NCBI GenBank assembly: GCA_013265495.1
Contig: MU062317.1
Span: 1,548,229-1,612,228 of the forward strand
From: Vicugna vicugna
Lineage: Eukaryota
DNA: 64,000 bases
Direction: 5' to 3'
Position 1 is the stretch's first letter. Each line of letters opens with the position of its first letter. Below are positions 42,950-56,529 of this stretch, one piece after another. A model generated the notes under the pieces. The model did not search any database and was not told the DNA's origin. It worked only from the letters and a program-made list of their open reading frames with translations. A program made the position numbers and the translations under genes.

Positions 42950-45900
42950 AGGAGCATTCCTCTGGACCCAACTGAAAAAAAATCATAAAAGCAAGACCTG
43001 TGAGGATCAAACTGTCTCCACATAAGTAACCACACTCCAGGAAAAAGCCTCTGAGAAGATGTGCAGGAACACAGAGACAGTCAGCCTCACAACAGGGAAC
43101 CTTCACACCGTCTGCAGACGAGGACACAGGAGAAAGGAACCACACTGCGGAGATTCACGCACCCGCTGAAACTGACCAGAACTGACGGAGACAGAGGAAT
43201 TCACAAAGGACACTGAAACTGCTACTGACACCACATTCCACGCGTTCAGAACGTTAAACAGAGACAGAGAAGATCTGCGAGGCCCCAGGTGAAGCCTGTC
43301 CAGGGAGCAGATGACACTGGACCTGCAGGGAGCCGGAGACGTGGTACCTGACTGTTCCCAGCGCAACACAGAGAATCCAAAGGGGTGAGCAGGGCATCTC
43401 TGAGCTGGGGCCTGACATGTGGGTTCCCAAAGGAGGGAGGGGAGCAGAAAAAGTCTTCAGAAATAGAGGCCAAAAAGTTTCCAAACCTCACAAAAACGAT
43501 GCACCCCAAAGCTCAGTACACCCCAAACACATGCAATTGAAAGGGAGCTACCGCAAAGTGCATCAAAATCAAGACATTCCAAGTATCAAAGCCACCACAA
43601 GAAGAGGAGCCGAGGACGACAGCAGGGGTTCAAAGTGTCAAAGGGACACAAAGGGAACCTGGAACTCTATACGCCCTGCAAGTATCTTTCAAAAACAAAG
43701 GGAAAACAAACACACAGAAAACTCATCGCCAGCAGACCCACGCTAACAAGGAACGCTAACCGAAGAAGGACAAAACCAGAAGGACGTCTGGACCCACACA
43801 GAAGAGTGGACAGCACTGGGAATGACTACTGCCCAGGAAAACACATCAAGTTCTTCCTCATCGTTTAAATACCTTTAAGAAGCCGCTGTTTAATCACAAG
43901 CGGTAACAACGAACCACAGGGCTTATGACGTGTGTGACAGCGCTGTCCGGCAGCAAGAAGCCAGGAAGGGAAGGCGGGGAGGCGCTGCGGGCGCTTCTGT
44001 CACTGCACTTGGGCGGGGTGCTGTGCCATCGCCGGGGGTGGACGGCACAGGTCAGAGGGGACGAGGGTAAGGGCGTGTACAAAAACGCTCTGCAAATCAG
44101 TAAAGTGACAAAAACGACCACAGCAGATGAGCCAACAGGGAGATGTGATGGAATCACAAACCATCATTTTATTCATTCAAAACACAGCAGAAATCCCTTA
44201 AAAAGGAAACAAATAGATAAAACAAATAGAAAACAAGATGAAACAAGATGATCAGTAATCTTACCGTAATTGCATTAAGTCTTAACGGTGTGAACACCCC
44301 CCACTCAAAGGCAGAGGTGGTAAGTCTGGATAAGAAAGCCATTTACAGCCTACAAGAAACCCACTTTAAATGTAAAGGTGGTTAAAGGGATGGAAAAAGA
44401 GATGCCTACTCACAACAGCAAAAAGCAAGCAAGCAGCCGTATGAGCATCAAAGTGGATGTCAGAACCAAGAGCATCACCCAGAGAGGAAGCCAACTTCAC
44501 CCCTGACAAAAGGGTCAAGTAACTGAAAAACACCCATAAACACTGATGCCCCTAATGACAAAGCTGCAGTGCCTACGAAGCAGCAACCGATGTGACTGCA
44601 GAGACAGGTCCACAACTGCAGCCTAAGGCTTCAACTCTCTCCCACCAGCGACTGAACAGTGCCGGCGCACCGGCTCTGACCCGCAACTTCCAGAGCCCCC
44701 GCCCGCAGGCTCTTCCCGGGCGCACAGAGACGTTCTGAGATGGACTGTCCCCTGGGCTGGAGGCCAGCGCAGCTCCTGCACGGTCAAGCTACCAACGTGC
44801 AATCCAACCACCACACAGGGACCTCTGCAAAACGCCCAAACACCTGGAAACTTAACACACTTCTAAATAACCCGTGAATCAAAGAGGAAGTCAACAGGTA
44901 ATGAGAAGGCGTTTTGAACTGAATGAAAATTTAAACAACACATCACAGTATGTGCAAGACCCCCAAAACGGGACTCAGGAGAAAAACAATGCTTGTACCA
45001 GGAAAAAAGAAAGGTCTCAAGTAAACGACTCAGCATCCAACTTATGCAACTAGGAAAGGACAAACGTAGCCCAGAGTGTTAAGGAAAATACAAAGACCAA
45101 AACATAATCAATGAAACAGAGTACAGAGAAATAAGAGGAAGATCAATGAAACCCAAACCGGTTCTCTGAGATCAACAAGACTGGTGACCCTCCAGCCAGA
45201 CGGGCCGGGGAAAAGAGAAAAGGAAAGTGATGGGCGTCAGGAAGGTGAGAGGCAGCTCTGCCACTGGCTGCACAGCTACTAAGGGGAAGTAAGAGGGCGC
45301 TGTGCACAGCCGCTGACAGTGGGCTGGACGGCGCAGGCGTGGTGGGAGACTGCTTGCAGAGAGCCACCTCAGCCGAGAACCGATGACCTGAAAAGCCCTT
45401 GGGTAGTTAAAACCTTTACCCAAAAACACCTCCAGACCCAGACAGGCCTCCATGGTAAGTGGTACCAAATGTTTTTTAAAGGAATCGTAATTCTTTCCAT
45501 TTTTAAGGAGGAAATATTTCCCAAATAATTCTATAACTCCAACAACACTCTGATACCAAAACTAGACGAAGATATTACACAAACCAAAAAAACCAAAACA
45601 AGACCAAAAAACTGCAGACCAATATCCTGCATGAATGTTAAATACAAAAAATTTTATCCAAACTCAACAACATTCTAAAAGGATGAGACACTGTGACCAG
45701 GGGAGGTTTACGTTCAGTATCAGGCAACGTAACTCACCACAGTAGTAAACTAAAAAGGATACTCACCAAATTAATAATCTCAATAAACGTAGAAGAAGCA
45801 TTTGACAAAATCCAGCACCCATTCCTGATCAAACCAAACTCGGACAGAACGGGAGAGTCTTCTTCAGTCTAAGAAAGAGCACCTATGAAACCCCAAACAA

Positions 45901-47550
45901 GGCACCTGACGGCGAGGAAGCGCGTGCTCGCCCCGAGGTCGGGACTGAGGCCACAGCCCGCACGACGCTGAAGTTCCAGCCAGCCCCCAGGCAAGGCGCA
46001 GAAAAGGCGTCCAGGTCAGCACAGAAGGAGTGACATGGCCCTACTTCCCCGACTTCACACTGATGGAACCTACAGAAAAGAGACCAGAGTGGGCTGCAGG
46101 GCTGCAGGTGCCATGTCTACCTACAAAAGTCAATTCTGCCAGCGACTTACAGTCCGCAACTGAAACTCAAGAAACAGCGCTACTTACAGTAACACCAGAA
46201 AGAAAATGGAGAGGAAAACTTGGAGATTAACGAATCAATCTGACAAACAGCCTCACAGACTGAAGACTATGGAACTATGAAGCATGGCTGAGAAGAATTA
46301 GAAACAACGTGGGTAAACAGAGCAGCACACCTTAGCCGTGGGGGGGGACCCAGCACTTAAAATGTGTGTTCTTCCCAAATTGATCTGTCAATCCAACTCG
46401 ATCCCAACCAAAACTGCAACAAGATTTTTTTCACAGAAATTGACATTGATTCTAAAATTCCTATGGAAATGCAGATGACCTAGAGCAGCTGTACCAGCTC
46501 CAAAAAGGAACAGAGCTGGAGAGTTCGTACCACCTGGTTTCAGGAACCACAAAGCTAACAATCAAAACCAGCACAGCACTGACACAGATGATTAGACCAA
46601 CTGAACACGACAGAGCACAGACAACTGGTTTTTGACAAGAATGCGAAGGTAATGCAGTGAAGAACGCACAGTCTTTACAACAAGCGGAACTGGAACTGGA
46701 CGTCCCGGTGCGAAAACACGAACCCGGATGCAGACCCTGCATCATACCCCAAAGGATAGATCATGGACCCAAAAGGAAACTTTAAAGCTATAAAACTGCT
46801 AGAGGAAAACAGAAGAGAGAACCTCTGTGGCCCTGGGTTAGGGAAGGTTTCTCAGCTACAACGCCGGAAGCTCTTCAAATGGCACAGTGAAGACAGGAAA
46901 GTGACAGACTCAGAGAAGCTTCTGCAGAGTCTAACTGTGAAAAGGAACGCACATCCAGAGACATACAGAACCCTCAACGCACCAACAAGACGACTCCACT
47001 TAAACAACAGGCGGACATCCGAGCACACTTCTCCACGGGAGACACAGACGGCGAGTAAGCACAGGGAAAGATGCCCAGCAGCCCCCGTATGCAGGAGGCG
47101 CTGGTGAGGGCCGCGCCGCCGCCCCGCATCGGTCAGGACGGCTGAGACTCCAGGGAACGACCACACTGCACGCTGCTGAGGGCGCCGTGCGGGCACCTGG
47201 GACAGTGTGATGTTCTGAGCAGCCAGACACACGTGGGGAAACACGACGCAGCCGGTCCACACCCAGGCACCTACGCACAGGGGTGAAACCGTGTCCCTGC
47301 AAAACCTGCCAGCGAGTGCTCGCCGCAGCTTTGTGGCTGACAGCCAAGACCTGGAAGTGGCCCAGGCCGTCTCAACAGGTGTGTGATCAACACTGGGGCA
47401 AATCCACACGACAGGCCGCAACCCAGAGTGGAAGCAAAAGCCCCAGCTACCGACACAGCAACACAGAAGAGTCTCACAATGAGTACGCCGAGCGGAAGAA
47501 GCCAGACCAAAGACCCCAAAACTTCATGTACAGAAAGCTCTCGACAAGGC
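42950..47550 (+). mobile_element. Long, highly decayed L1M element (ORF1, ORF2 endonuclease, RT and 3' remnants)
   Basis: ORF1-like gaaatagaggccaaaaagtttccaaac (~43460); endonuclease-like region ~44250-44480; ctctgataccaaaactagac (~45548); gaagaagcatttgacaaaatccagcacccattcctgatcaaa = EEAFDKIQHPFLIK (45792-45833); 3' ORF2 motifs at 46350-47500. Boundaries approximate. Confidence 0.85.
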
Positions 47551-48081
47551 AACCCCACCCACACTGAGAGGGGCTGGCTGGCGGCCTCGGGGTCGGCGTG
47601 CAGGGGGCAGCAGGGAGGGGCCGCTGCGGGCACCGGGACCCTTTGTGGGGGAGGGGCAGGCTCCCCGTCTCGACTGCAGCCACGAGTTCGGCCACATCCT
47701 CACGCGGCTCTAAGCGTGCGCAGCTGTTGCGTTCCTCATGCCCTTAAAAGGCTGCCTCTAAAACGACTATACGGCAATGACCCCAACCGTAGCCTTCACG
47801 GCCCAGGACCTGCTTGTCCTCCGGCTTTAAACAGTCCCCACGGGGCGACAGCCACTGCAGCCCTCTTCCATCCCAAAAAGGTGTCCCGGAACACCGCCGT
47901 GGCGCCTAGAAGCCACTTCCTTCCCCAGGGCAGGAGCCTGCAAGCCTCCCCTTAAAGGCCCAACTGCTCCTGCGGCCTTGCGGACAGTCCTCACCACCAC
48001 AGGCCCAGTGAACGCAGAGGAGAGTGGCCGCCAGCCACCCCCAAAGATAGAGTCCCCGAGGGCGGGGGCGGGGCTGCAGCC

Positions 48082-48225
48082 CAGTGGCTCTGCAGGGTTG
48101 GGGGGCGGTGCGCATCACCCGGGAACTTCCTAGAATGCAAATTCCCAGGACCCACCTCAGACCCCGGAATCTGAAACTCCGGGGGTGGGACCCACAAGCC
48201 GGGCATTTAAGAATCCTCAGCCTCC
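48082..48225 (+). mobile_element. MER5A-like hAT-Charlie DNA transposon remnant
   Basis: cagtggctc...catcacccgggaacttcctagaatgcaaattcccaggacccacctcagacc...gaatctgaaactccgggggtgggaccca resembles the recalled MER5A consensus. Confidence 0.75.
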
Positions 48226-48899
48226 AGTTTCAGAGCCGAGAACGCCAGCAAGAAAGGTGGCCTGGTCCAGAACCAGGCGCAAGCAGGCGGGCAGCCAGCC
48301 CGCAGCAGGAAGCTGTGGCCCACGCCCCCAGGAGGCGCCGGCCCTTTGATGAAGCATGAAGCAAGCCCGCCGCCTCCGTGCGCTCACGGGGAAGCTTTCA
48401 AAACAGAGAGAAAGGAAACGAGACTCCCGACAAACCTGTCACTAATAGCTCTGGCTGGCTCTTCTCGCTCTCGACAAAGAGTTTTCAACTCATTAAAAAA
48501 AACCATTACACAGTCATCTTGGTTCACCTTCTTTCTTGACTCTGCACTCCTCTCAACAGAATCTGAAACTCAGTCACTTCGGGGATGACTGAATCCTAGA
48601 CTAAGGGGCCTGAGCCATCCCCCCACATCACTCAGGCCCGTACTCAGCCACAGGCACTGCGTGCAAGGCCTTCGAGGATACCGAGTCCTGTGTGGACACG
48701 CACGCACGCCCGGCATGAAACAAGACACTTGGAGAAAATAAACCCTGGTTATCTGAGGGTGACTTCTGGTTAGAGTCACAAATAACTGGCAATACCACAT
48801 TTTCCTTTTGAAGCACTCTTTATGCCCTTCCTTCCTGAGTGCCTGAAATGTCAAAACCTTTTGCAAATCCAGAGAAACACATCAAAAAGAGATAACAGT

Positions 48900-50800
48900 T
48901 AAAATGCATGACGAAGAAAGACAGCCTGTTTCAAGATGGAGGAACAAAAACGCTTCAACCCCATCTCCTCAAAACCCTGCCAGAGCCCTGCTCTCCATGA
49001 AGGAAGAACCATGCTAACCCTGGGCAACCAGGGAGGGTGAGGGGCGGGGAGGAGGCTGGGCAGCCACCACAGAGACAGCCCCGGGAGATGCCAGCCGCCC
49101 CGGGGGCAGAGAGGAAGCCTCCTGGGAGCACAGCCTGTGAGCCCCGGAGAGGAGCCACGCAGTGGACCCCAGGAGCCTGCTGCACCACCACCACCCAGCG
49201 CGTCAGGAATCATCACCGTGGGGAGAGCCAGCCTGGCGAAGCCCAGGTCCAGAAAGAGACAGGATTTCCAAGGAAACCACTGTCAGTATCCCTGGGGATG
49301 GGAGACAAGACACCACATCCACGAGACAAGAACAGGTCTGAATGTCTGCAAAAGAAAAAACAACTGGTTGTGGAGCTGAGCTGTTGACTGACCTTAAATG
49401 CCGTTCTGCAAAAAAAGAAAAACACAAGATGTCTTCGAAATTAAAAATGAAATCACAAAAAGCCAAAGTCGACAGGTTAAAGAGCAAATGTCAGATGATA
49501 AAGTGAAGGACATCTTCAGAAAGTGACACCAAGAGATGGTGAGAGAGCAGAACACGGCTGTCAAAGGCCAACATCCAGCCAGAGGCCAAGACAGCGATGA
49601 ACCGGTGGCCAGGAAGCACCGCCAAGCGTCCACACCTAGAGCAGGGCCTCTGGGAACCAGGGCACACAGGTGCCCAGCACGGGGCAGACAGGACGCACCA
49701 GGCCTGCTGTGGCCACCTTCCAGACGCTGGGCTCAGAAGGCAAGGCAGGTCAAGTGCCAAGGCCAGCACACAGGGCCCCCCCGGAGGGGACAGCAACACG
49801 CAGCGGGGCAGAAAACCACGACTGACCCAGGACCCAGGATGGACAGGAAGCAAGATCGGGACACGTACGCCGGCTCAGGGTGAACACGCCCAACAGGAGG
49901 GTCGTCATAATCAGCACAAAGGGTGATTTACCCAAACCTGAGATGCAAGGCGGTGAGCAGGCCTGGAGGGGCGGCAGGCACAGGTAACGGGAAACACGGG
50001 GTCAAGAGGAAGACAGGCAACCAACAGGAAACCCCGCCCAAAGCCGAGCGGGAAGACAGGCCGGGATGCCAGCAGCCCTTTAGCCACAGACCTCAGGCAA
50101 GGGCAAAATGCAAAGAGGACACTGCGCCAGGGTGAGAACAGACGTCAAAGCCTCCAGCCCCAACAGATGGAGGGTGGCATCAGCGTGCCCGGGGCGCAGG
50201 CCCACAACTGCTGTCTCATGACACAGCAGGCCTGGCTGGGCAGCGTGGGGCTGAAAGCCACCTGTGCCCGCCCAGAATGTCCCCGGGTCTGCGTCGCCCA
50301 TCCCGAGGCAGCGGTGGCAACCGGGAGTGCACGGAGGACAGTCTGGCAGCCAGGGGGCACATTTCGATGTGTCCAGGCGGAGCAGCAAGTAAATCAAAAT
50401 GGAAAGCAGCCAAACACCTCACAGGGCCCCGAGTGCTCAGCCCAGCAGCTCCTGGGACGAGGCCGCTTCACGGAGGGCTACTCCAGGGACAGGGAGGTGA
50501 CGAGACGGACCTGGGGGGCGGTGCGCTCCAGGAGGGTGGGGCCGGTGCCTCCATCAGCACCACAGCGGGTGACAACTCCTCTCTGGGCTCGTAGCCCGAC
50601 GGTGTCTCATCTAAGGGAGGGGACGGGCCAGTGCGCTGCAGAGGGGGACACAGGCCCGCCCAGCCAGCACTCCAGGCAGGTGCATCCAGCTAAACTATGG
50701 CCCAATGTACATGGCGGAACTTCCAGACTATCCAGAATCAACATCTGGAGACAAACAGGCAGCTCCCACGTGCGTCAGGAAGCCTGGGAGAAACAGCCAC
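48900..50800 (+). mobile_element. Probable decayed L1 5'/ORF1-type fragments
   Basis: ttcaagatggagg (L1 5' start-like) and A-rich ORF1-like stretches at 49330-49560 and 50060-50750. Heavily diverged. Confidence 0.4.
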
Positions 50801-53800
50801 CCCCGAGCCCACCAAGAGCCACTTACTGGTGAGAATCTGGGACAGAGAGCACGCAGCACGCTCACCACGGCTCAGCCCCACAGAGGTGCTCAACACTACA
50901 GGACTGCAGCCCCGAAGGCTGCCCCCGCGGCCACAGTCCAGGTCCCCCACGGCCCAGAGACGGTCAGGCTGTCTTTGCTCTTGGCCCCTCTGGCCCTCCT
51001 CCGACTGCAGGGCAGGCAGCAAAGGACAGCACCAGTGAGCGCAGTCCCCCTCCGTGGCCGGGGCAAGGGCACACCACTAAGATGGCAGAGCAGTGGGGAT
51101 GCATGGGCCTGAGATGGCCCCTCGGTCAGAGGAGGCCCTTGGAGTAATCAACACGGCAGGGGTGCAGCGTGGAGAACCAAGCCCCTTCCTCTACAGCGCT
51201 GGGCACTCCATCAGTGGTGCCCATGGACCACCAACACCAAGCCTGGCCCAGGCCTCTGCCGGCAGGTGTCTGCCCCCTCCCCCGGCACTACCGCCTGGCC
51301 ACCATGAGGCTCGTCCCACAGGGGCAGCGCTCCCTGGGCCACATCCCACAGCATCCAAGTGATGATCTCTGGGCTCTACACACACCACACAGACCCTGAC
51401 ACCAGGTGGGCAGGGAAGGGGCAGCACATGGCCACAGCTTGTTCTGCCCACTCACCTGCAACACCCCTGGGTGGGCTTCGGCGGGTGGGCGGGCCGGAGC
51501 GCACACAGCACCCACCTGAAAGCACCCCAGTGCCGCCGCCACCGCCTCCTCCTCCTCGGACAACTGGGCTGTGGAGCACGTGGCTAGTTTATTAGCAAAT
51601 GCACACGCATTGCGAACACGGCCCCGGGAACAAAGGCAAAGCCCCTGGTAGAGGCTGCAGCCTTGGGGACGAGGCGTGTGTGCAGGAGAAACTGAGAGAA
51701 CCTCAGTTCGCACAACGTTCCCTCCAAGTGCCTGTCCGAGGACAGACCTGTGCTCACATCCTTCCCCCTCGTGGAAGGCTGGCCCCCGGGACACACCACT
51801 CAAGGGCACGTGACAGACAGGAGGACGGACACTGATTGGGAGCCGTACCCAGGGAGGATGTGGCTCCCGGGCCCGGGGGCTCCCGGCCCGCGCCCCCACG
51901 CTGCAGGCTCGGAAAGGGGAGGCTGGGCATTACGTGCCTGGCACCCCACGGAGCAGCTGGAGCAGCTGGGGCCAAACCGGGCCGTGAAATGCTCGATTAG
52001 GCAACCCTTGTTTTCTTCCTGAGGCTCCACATTCACAGCCTCCTACTGACAAGCTGGACTCACTGGGAGGCTCTTCTGGAGACACTGCCACACCCTGGCC
52101 TTGACCACGGAACCCGCCCAGGGACCGTACAGACAGGTGGGGACCCACGGGGCTGTGCAGGTCTTCACACTCCGTCTTCTCTTCGGGTACAAATCGCAGG
52201 GCTGCCTGGCCTCTGATGAAAGTTCTGGCATCACTCTGTGGTCAGCAGCTCAAGCAGGTAACAGCCCTAAGCAGGTGCAAAGCAGGGAACCCTCAGGGAC
52301 CCTGCATCCCGCTGGGTGGGGCCAGGAGCCCAGACGGCCCGGGAGGCCTGGAGTGGGGGCAGCCTCCCTGGCCGCCCCGGGACCACCTTGCCAGGCCCAG
52401 GGGCGTTCACCCTACAACAGCACCTACTGCTCTCAAAACACTCACCTTTCTCTAGAGCAGCTAAAGACGAACCACCCTTTTATACCTCACTGGTTGTCAG
52501 AAATCTGAGGTAGAATAAAGGTTTATTTTTGAAATGAAACAAAAAAAAGGACAGTTTTCAATCCTCTCCATCCCACCTCAAAGCCAAGTGACAAGCACGT
52601 GCGGAGAGACACTCTGTCTTCAGCAGCCACCAAGGGTGGCCCCGTCATGACCCAACCCCGTGCTGAGATCGGCTCCCGCCCCCCAGGGGCTCCGGCTCGG
52701 GGGCGGACACGTCCACCGCAAGGGGCTGCGCTCAGGTAGCCCCGAGCACCCGGTAAGCAGCTCCCCGACAGCGAGCGGTCAGGAGTGGACGGGCCGTGCG
52801 TGCCACGGGGTGTGGGGGCGGCGAGGGGCTCACAGAAAAGACACCCGGAGGAACCGGGTCCCAGTGCGCGGCCAAAACAGGGACAACTGCGGCATCAAGA
52901 TAGCGATCAGAACAACTGCAACACTGCAAGGGGCTGCGCTGAGTTTGGTGACACTGCCCAGCAGGATGGGGGGGGCAGCACTCCCGGAGGCGAGAGAGGT
53001 GGGCAGACTGACCAAGCCCAGAGGGAGGATGAACCCACCGGGAGGACGTTCACGGGGCCGGGATGCTGACGGGGCCTAAAGTCTCCCCACAGATTACTTT
53101 TTAACCATGGAGGGCAAGGCGGACCCCACCCACGAGCATGATTCAGGATGCTGTCCCCAGGAGAGGTGACCATCCAAGCTGCCTGCACAGGGCTCCAGTC
53201 CCAAATGCCACCTCTGTCCCACCAGAAGACACGCCAGGCACAGGCTGGAGGGGGAGTCCACGGGACAGCCCCGCCCTCCAAACAAATATGGTCACACGGA
53301 CCAGAGCCAGGCAGGATCCCAGAGGACCGGGGCCCAGGAACAGACAGCCTGACCACAGGCAGGTCCTGGGAGGAAGCAAACCACTGAAGGAGGACAGAAG
53401 GGCGACGGGAGGAGGACTGGGCCCTGGGCAGCCGCTGGACCACAGCCACACACCAAGGGCCACAGGGGTGGACACATGCCAGTGTGGCAGGAAGCAGCAG
53501 CAGCGAGCCTGGTGAGCCCTGCTCTCCAAACTCCCCTGCAGGTCTGAAGACTTCTCAGAGTAAGAAGTCCTGAACCATGAAGGGGCACCAGGCCGACAGA
53601 TGCTGCAGCAGCCAGGGCACAGGGCCACCCTGCAACCTGGGGACACGAGGACATGTGGGAACACGTGCCAAGAGCCGACACCAGCACTCGGGGATGCGCG
53701 CGTGTGCAGGACGACGGCCTCCCTCAGTACGCAAGGCGCACTGAGTGGTTTTTCTGAAACACGGACCCAAGAGCATCAGAAACTTGACAGCAGCTTGACA

Positions 53801-54789
53801 GCCAACTGAAAATTCCACATCTCCTGAACAGTAACAAACGCTGGTAGCCGACAACAGGTCTCCAACTCCAGTTCAGCTCTCTGTCACGAGGAACACAGCC
53901 CCCGAGGACCTGGACCAACAGAAGCAGGCGGACAGAGAGCCCCACCTGCTGTAGCCAGGACTGCAGGACCGGGACCCCGACTCCTGTCCGGCCAAGGCTC
54001 TTGACCTGGGAAGTCAGCTCCGCGCCCCTGCCCCGCTGGCCCTTCCCTCCAGAGATTGCTGCCCACCAGCGCCCAGGAACCTCGGGGCAGGGCTCTCCAA
54101 GCACCGGCTTGTTTGCACTCTCTGACAACCTCACTTTCCCCAACAAGAGCCACCCTGGGGTCAGTCTCGCCCCATTCAGAAGGAGACTGCGGTGAGGGTG
54201 TGGGCTCATTTACCTAAATCATTGCTTGAAGGGTTATCCACCAACCTAGCTCTGAAACAGAATGCCGGTCTTCCCTCCCACCACGGGGTCGTCTGAAAGC
54301 TGAACTTGGCAGAGAAGGGACTCGCCACACCCATCACCAGGCACGACCTACTGGCAGGGCAGGCCTAACACAGAGCCCGGAGCCCAGAGCCTCAGCCGGT
54401 GCCCCTTGGGCCCCCAGGACAGTGGTGGCTCCCAGCATCCCAGCAGGACCACACGCAGAGGCCCAGGTCAAATGCACCGACACGCCCCACCTCGGACAGC
54501 TCCTCACAGAAGGCAGCTGGGCTCTGGGAAATCCACGGGGAGGCCGGTGGGGGGCACACTGACAACAGGTGGCATGGGCCCCTGTCCACTGACGAGCCCG
54601 TCATGGCACAGGGAGGCTTCGGTGCCTGGCGCACACGCGTGCGCCGTCGTCCTGCACCTGCTGGCAACCATCCGCCTGGCCCGGCTGGACTCCTGGACAG
54701 CTTGTCAGCCCGCTGCCTCCTGTCAGACTTCTGGCCTTGGAAAGAGAGGGTGGGACAGCTGACGGCACGGCCACAGGGCTGAGGCACCC

Positions 54790-54890
54790 TCATCCCTCCG
54801 TTTTACAAACGGGACAAAGCTCCAGAAGTGCCACGGCCTTGGATCCAGAGAGGCAGCCGAGCCAGGATCTGGGCCCAGGGATCAGGTTTA
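54790..54890 (+). mobile_element. MIR-like SINE fragment
   Basis: catccctccgttttacaaacggg...ggcagccgagccaggatctgggcccagg resembles the MIR core and its 3' part. Confidence 0.45.
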
Positions 54891-56529
54891 GGAATCCATG
54901 CCCCTAGTCACGTGGTTACGCTGCCTCACTGAACTTCCAGAAACGTCAACTTAACCAGAAGAACCGAAGAGTCATACTCCCTGCTATTTGCACAGAGAAG
55001 ATGGGGGAAAGAAAACAGAGGTTAAAATCAGACCCAACCACAGAGATTTTTGATTCATTTGCGGAGGCAGGGATTTCCAACCCTCCTTTTCTACCCCAAA
55101 CACCAGGAGCCACTCTCACTGCAGCCGGTGGTCACAGGAGGCCCTGCCCAGGTTCCCACTGCCAGGCCTGCCTTCTGACTCCGACCAGGGGGTCATCTCC
55201 ACCCACCGAGTAGGCACCCAGCAGTATTTGCAAAACTAAACTCAAGGACTGCCCTTTCGAGATCTACCCCAAGGAGCCACCCTCACACCCCAGACTCTCA
55301 CCCACATTCAACAGGAGACAAAGCAGGACAAAAGAGCAGGGAGTCACCCTGGCCTGGGATCCACCCAGGGTCCAGCCTGCTCCCGACACAGGAGGCCAAC
55401 AGCAAAGACAGCAGCTCAGTCAGTGCAGCCCAGGGCCCGGGATAGGGGCAGCGTGGATGCAGCCCATCCTTGCCAAGGCGACCATCCAGGCCCCAAGGGT
55501 CACCCCATGACCTCAAGGCCACCAGGGGCTCCAGGGAAGGCATGTAGCCCCCTCCTCGAGCCTCACGCCCATGGTCACTTACACATGCTGGCCTCCCCGT
55601 GAGGTGCCAGAGCTTGACTGTATGTGGCCTGCCTGGAGGACCAGTATCTCCTGGGCCACTGGGCTCCACGGCCTCCTGAAACCAGCAGACACAACGTGAA
55701 ATCATGGCTGGGAGTCGGCCTGGACCGAACAGCCCGCAAGAGGGGCACAAGCTGTGCAGACAGGGCCAGCCGCGTGGGAACAGTGCTCAGAGGCGGGGGG
55801 AGGGAGTCAAGCAGCCAGCGGCCCTGGGCGCAGGCTCCCCGAGCCAAGCTGGATGGGACTGCAGGGCCACCACACCCGCTCCCAAGCACGGTGTCTCCCT
55901 CGTCCCACCGGCACCTCTGGGCCCCTCTTCTACCCTCGGAGAAGTCAGCACCCGGCCACCGGGCTGCCCTGCCCCGAGCTGTCCCCACACTGCTGGGGGA
56001 GGGGATGTCCCTTTGCTCTGGGTCCCCAGGCCATCTACACTTGGTGACAAGATTAAGAGGAAAGGGACACAAGTGTGGTGAGCAGCATCCTTTCAGTGAG
56101 TCCCCCATTTCTTGCTAAAAGAACTTTCTCCAGGAACTGGCAGGACACAGACCTGAGAGAGAAGGAAGCTCGGGCCAGGCTCACCAGGCCACCCTCAGAG
56201 CCTAGAGCCCGCCCCGCCCCTTGGCTGAGGCCAGCCGTCTGTCCAGAGCCCCGCGTCCCGGGCACAGGCACCCGTGCACCCACAGCTCTCCCACAGGCCT
56301 CCGGAGGCGCAGGCCGCCCCGCGCTCCCAGCCCCGGCCCTCTGCAGGCTCTGCCCGGGCCCCGGCCGCCACCTGCCAGGCGCACAGCAGGCGCCCCAGAG
56401 GAGACGACCTGGCCCACACCCAGGCCTGCCGGCTGCACCCCGCTGTCGGTAAGGACCCCCGCCCTGTGCCACTCCAGCCTCTGACGTCCCAGTGTCACAC
56501 AGGTAGGACTAAACCACGGCGAACGCAGC

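Noticed and set aside
16896-51462. AG|GT recursive splice site candidates in intron 1 (e.g. ~16900, ~51455)
   Set aside because: They lack a convincing polypyrimidine tract and cannot be distinguished from chance without nascent RNA data.
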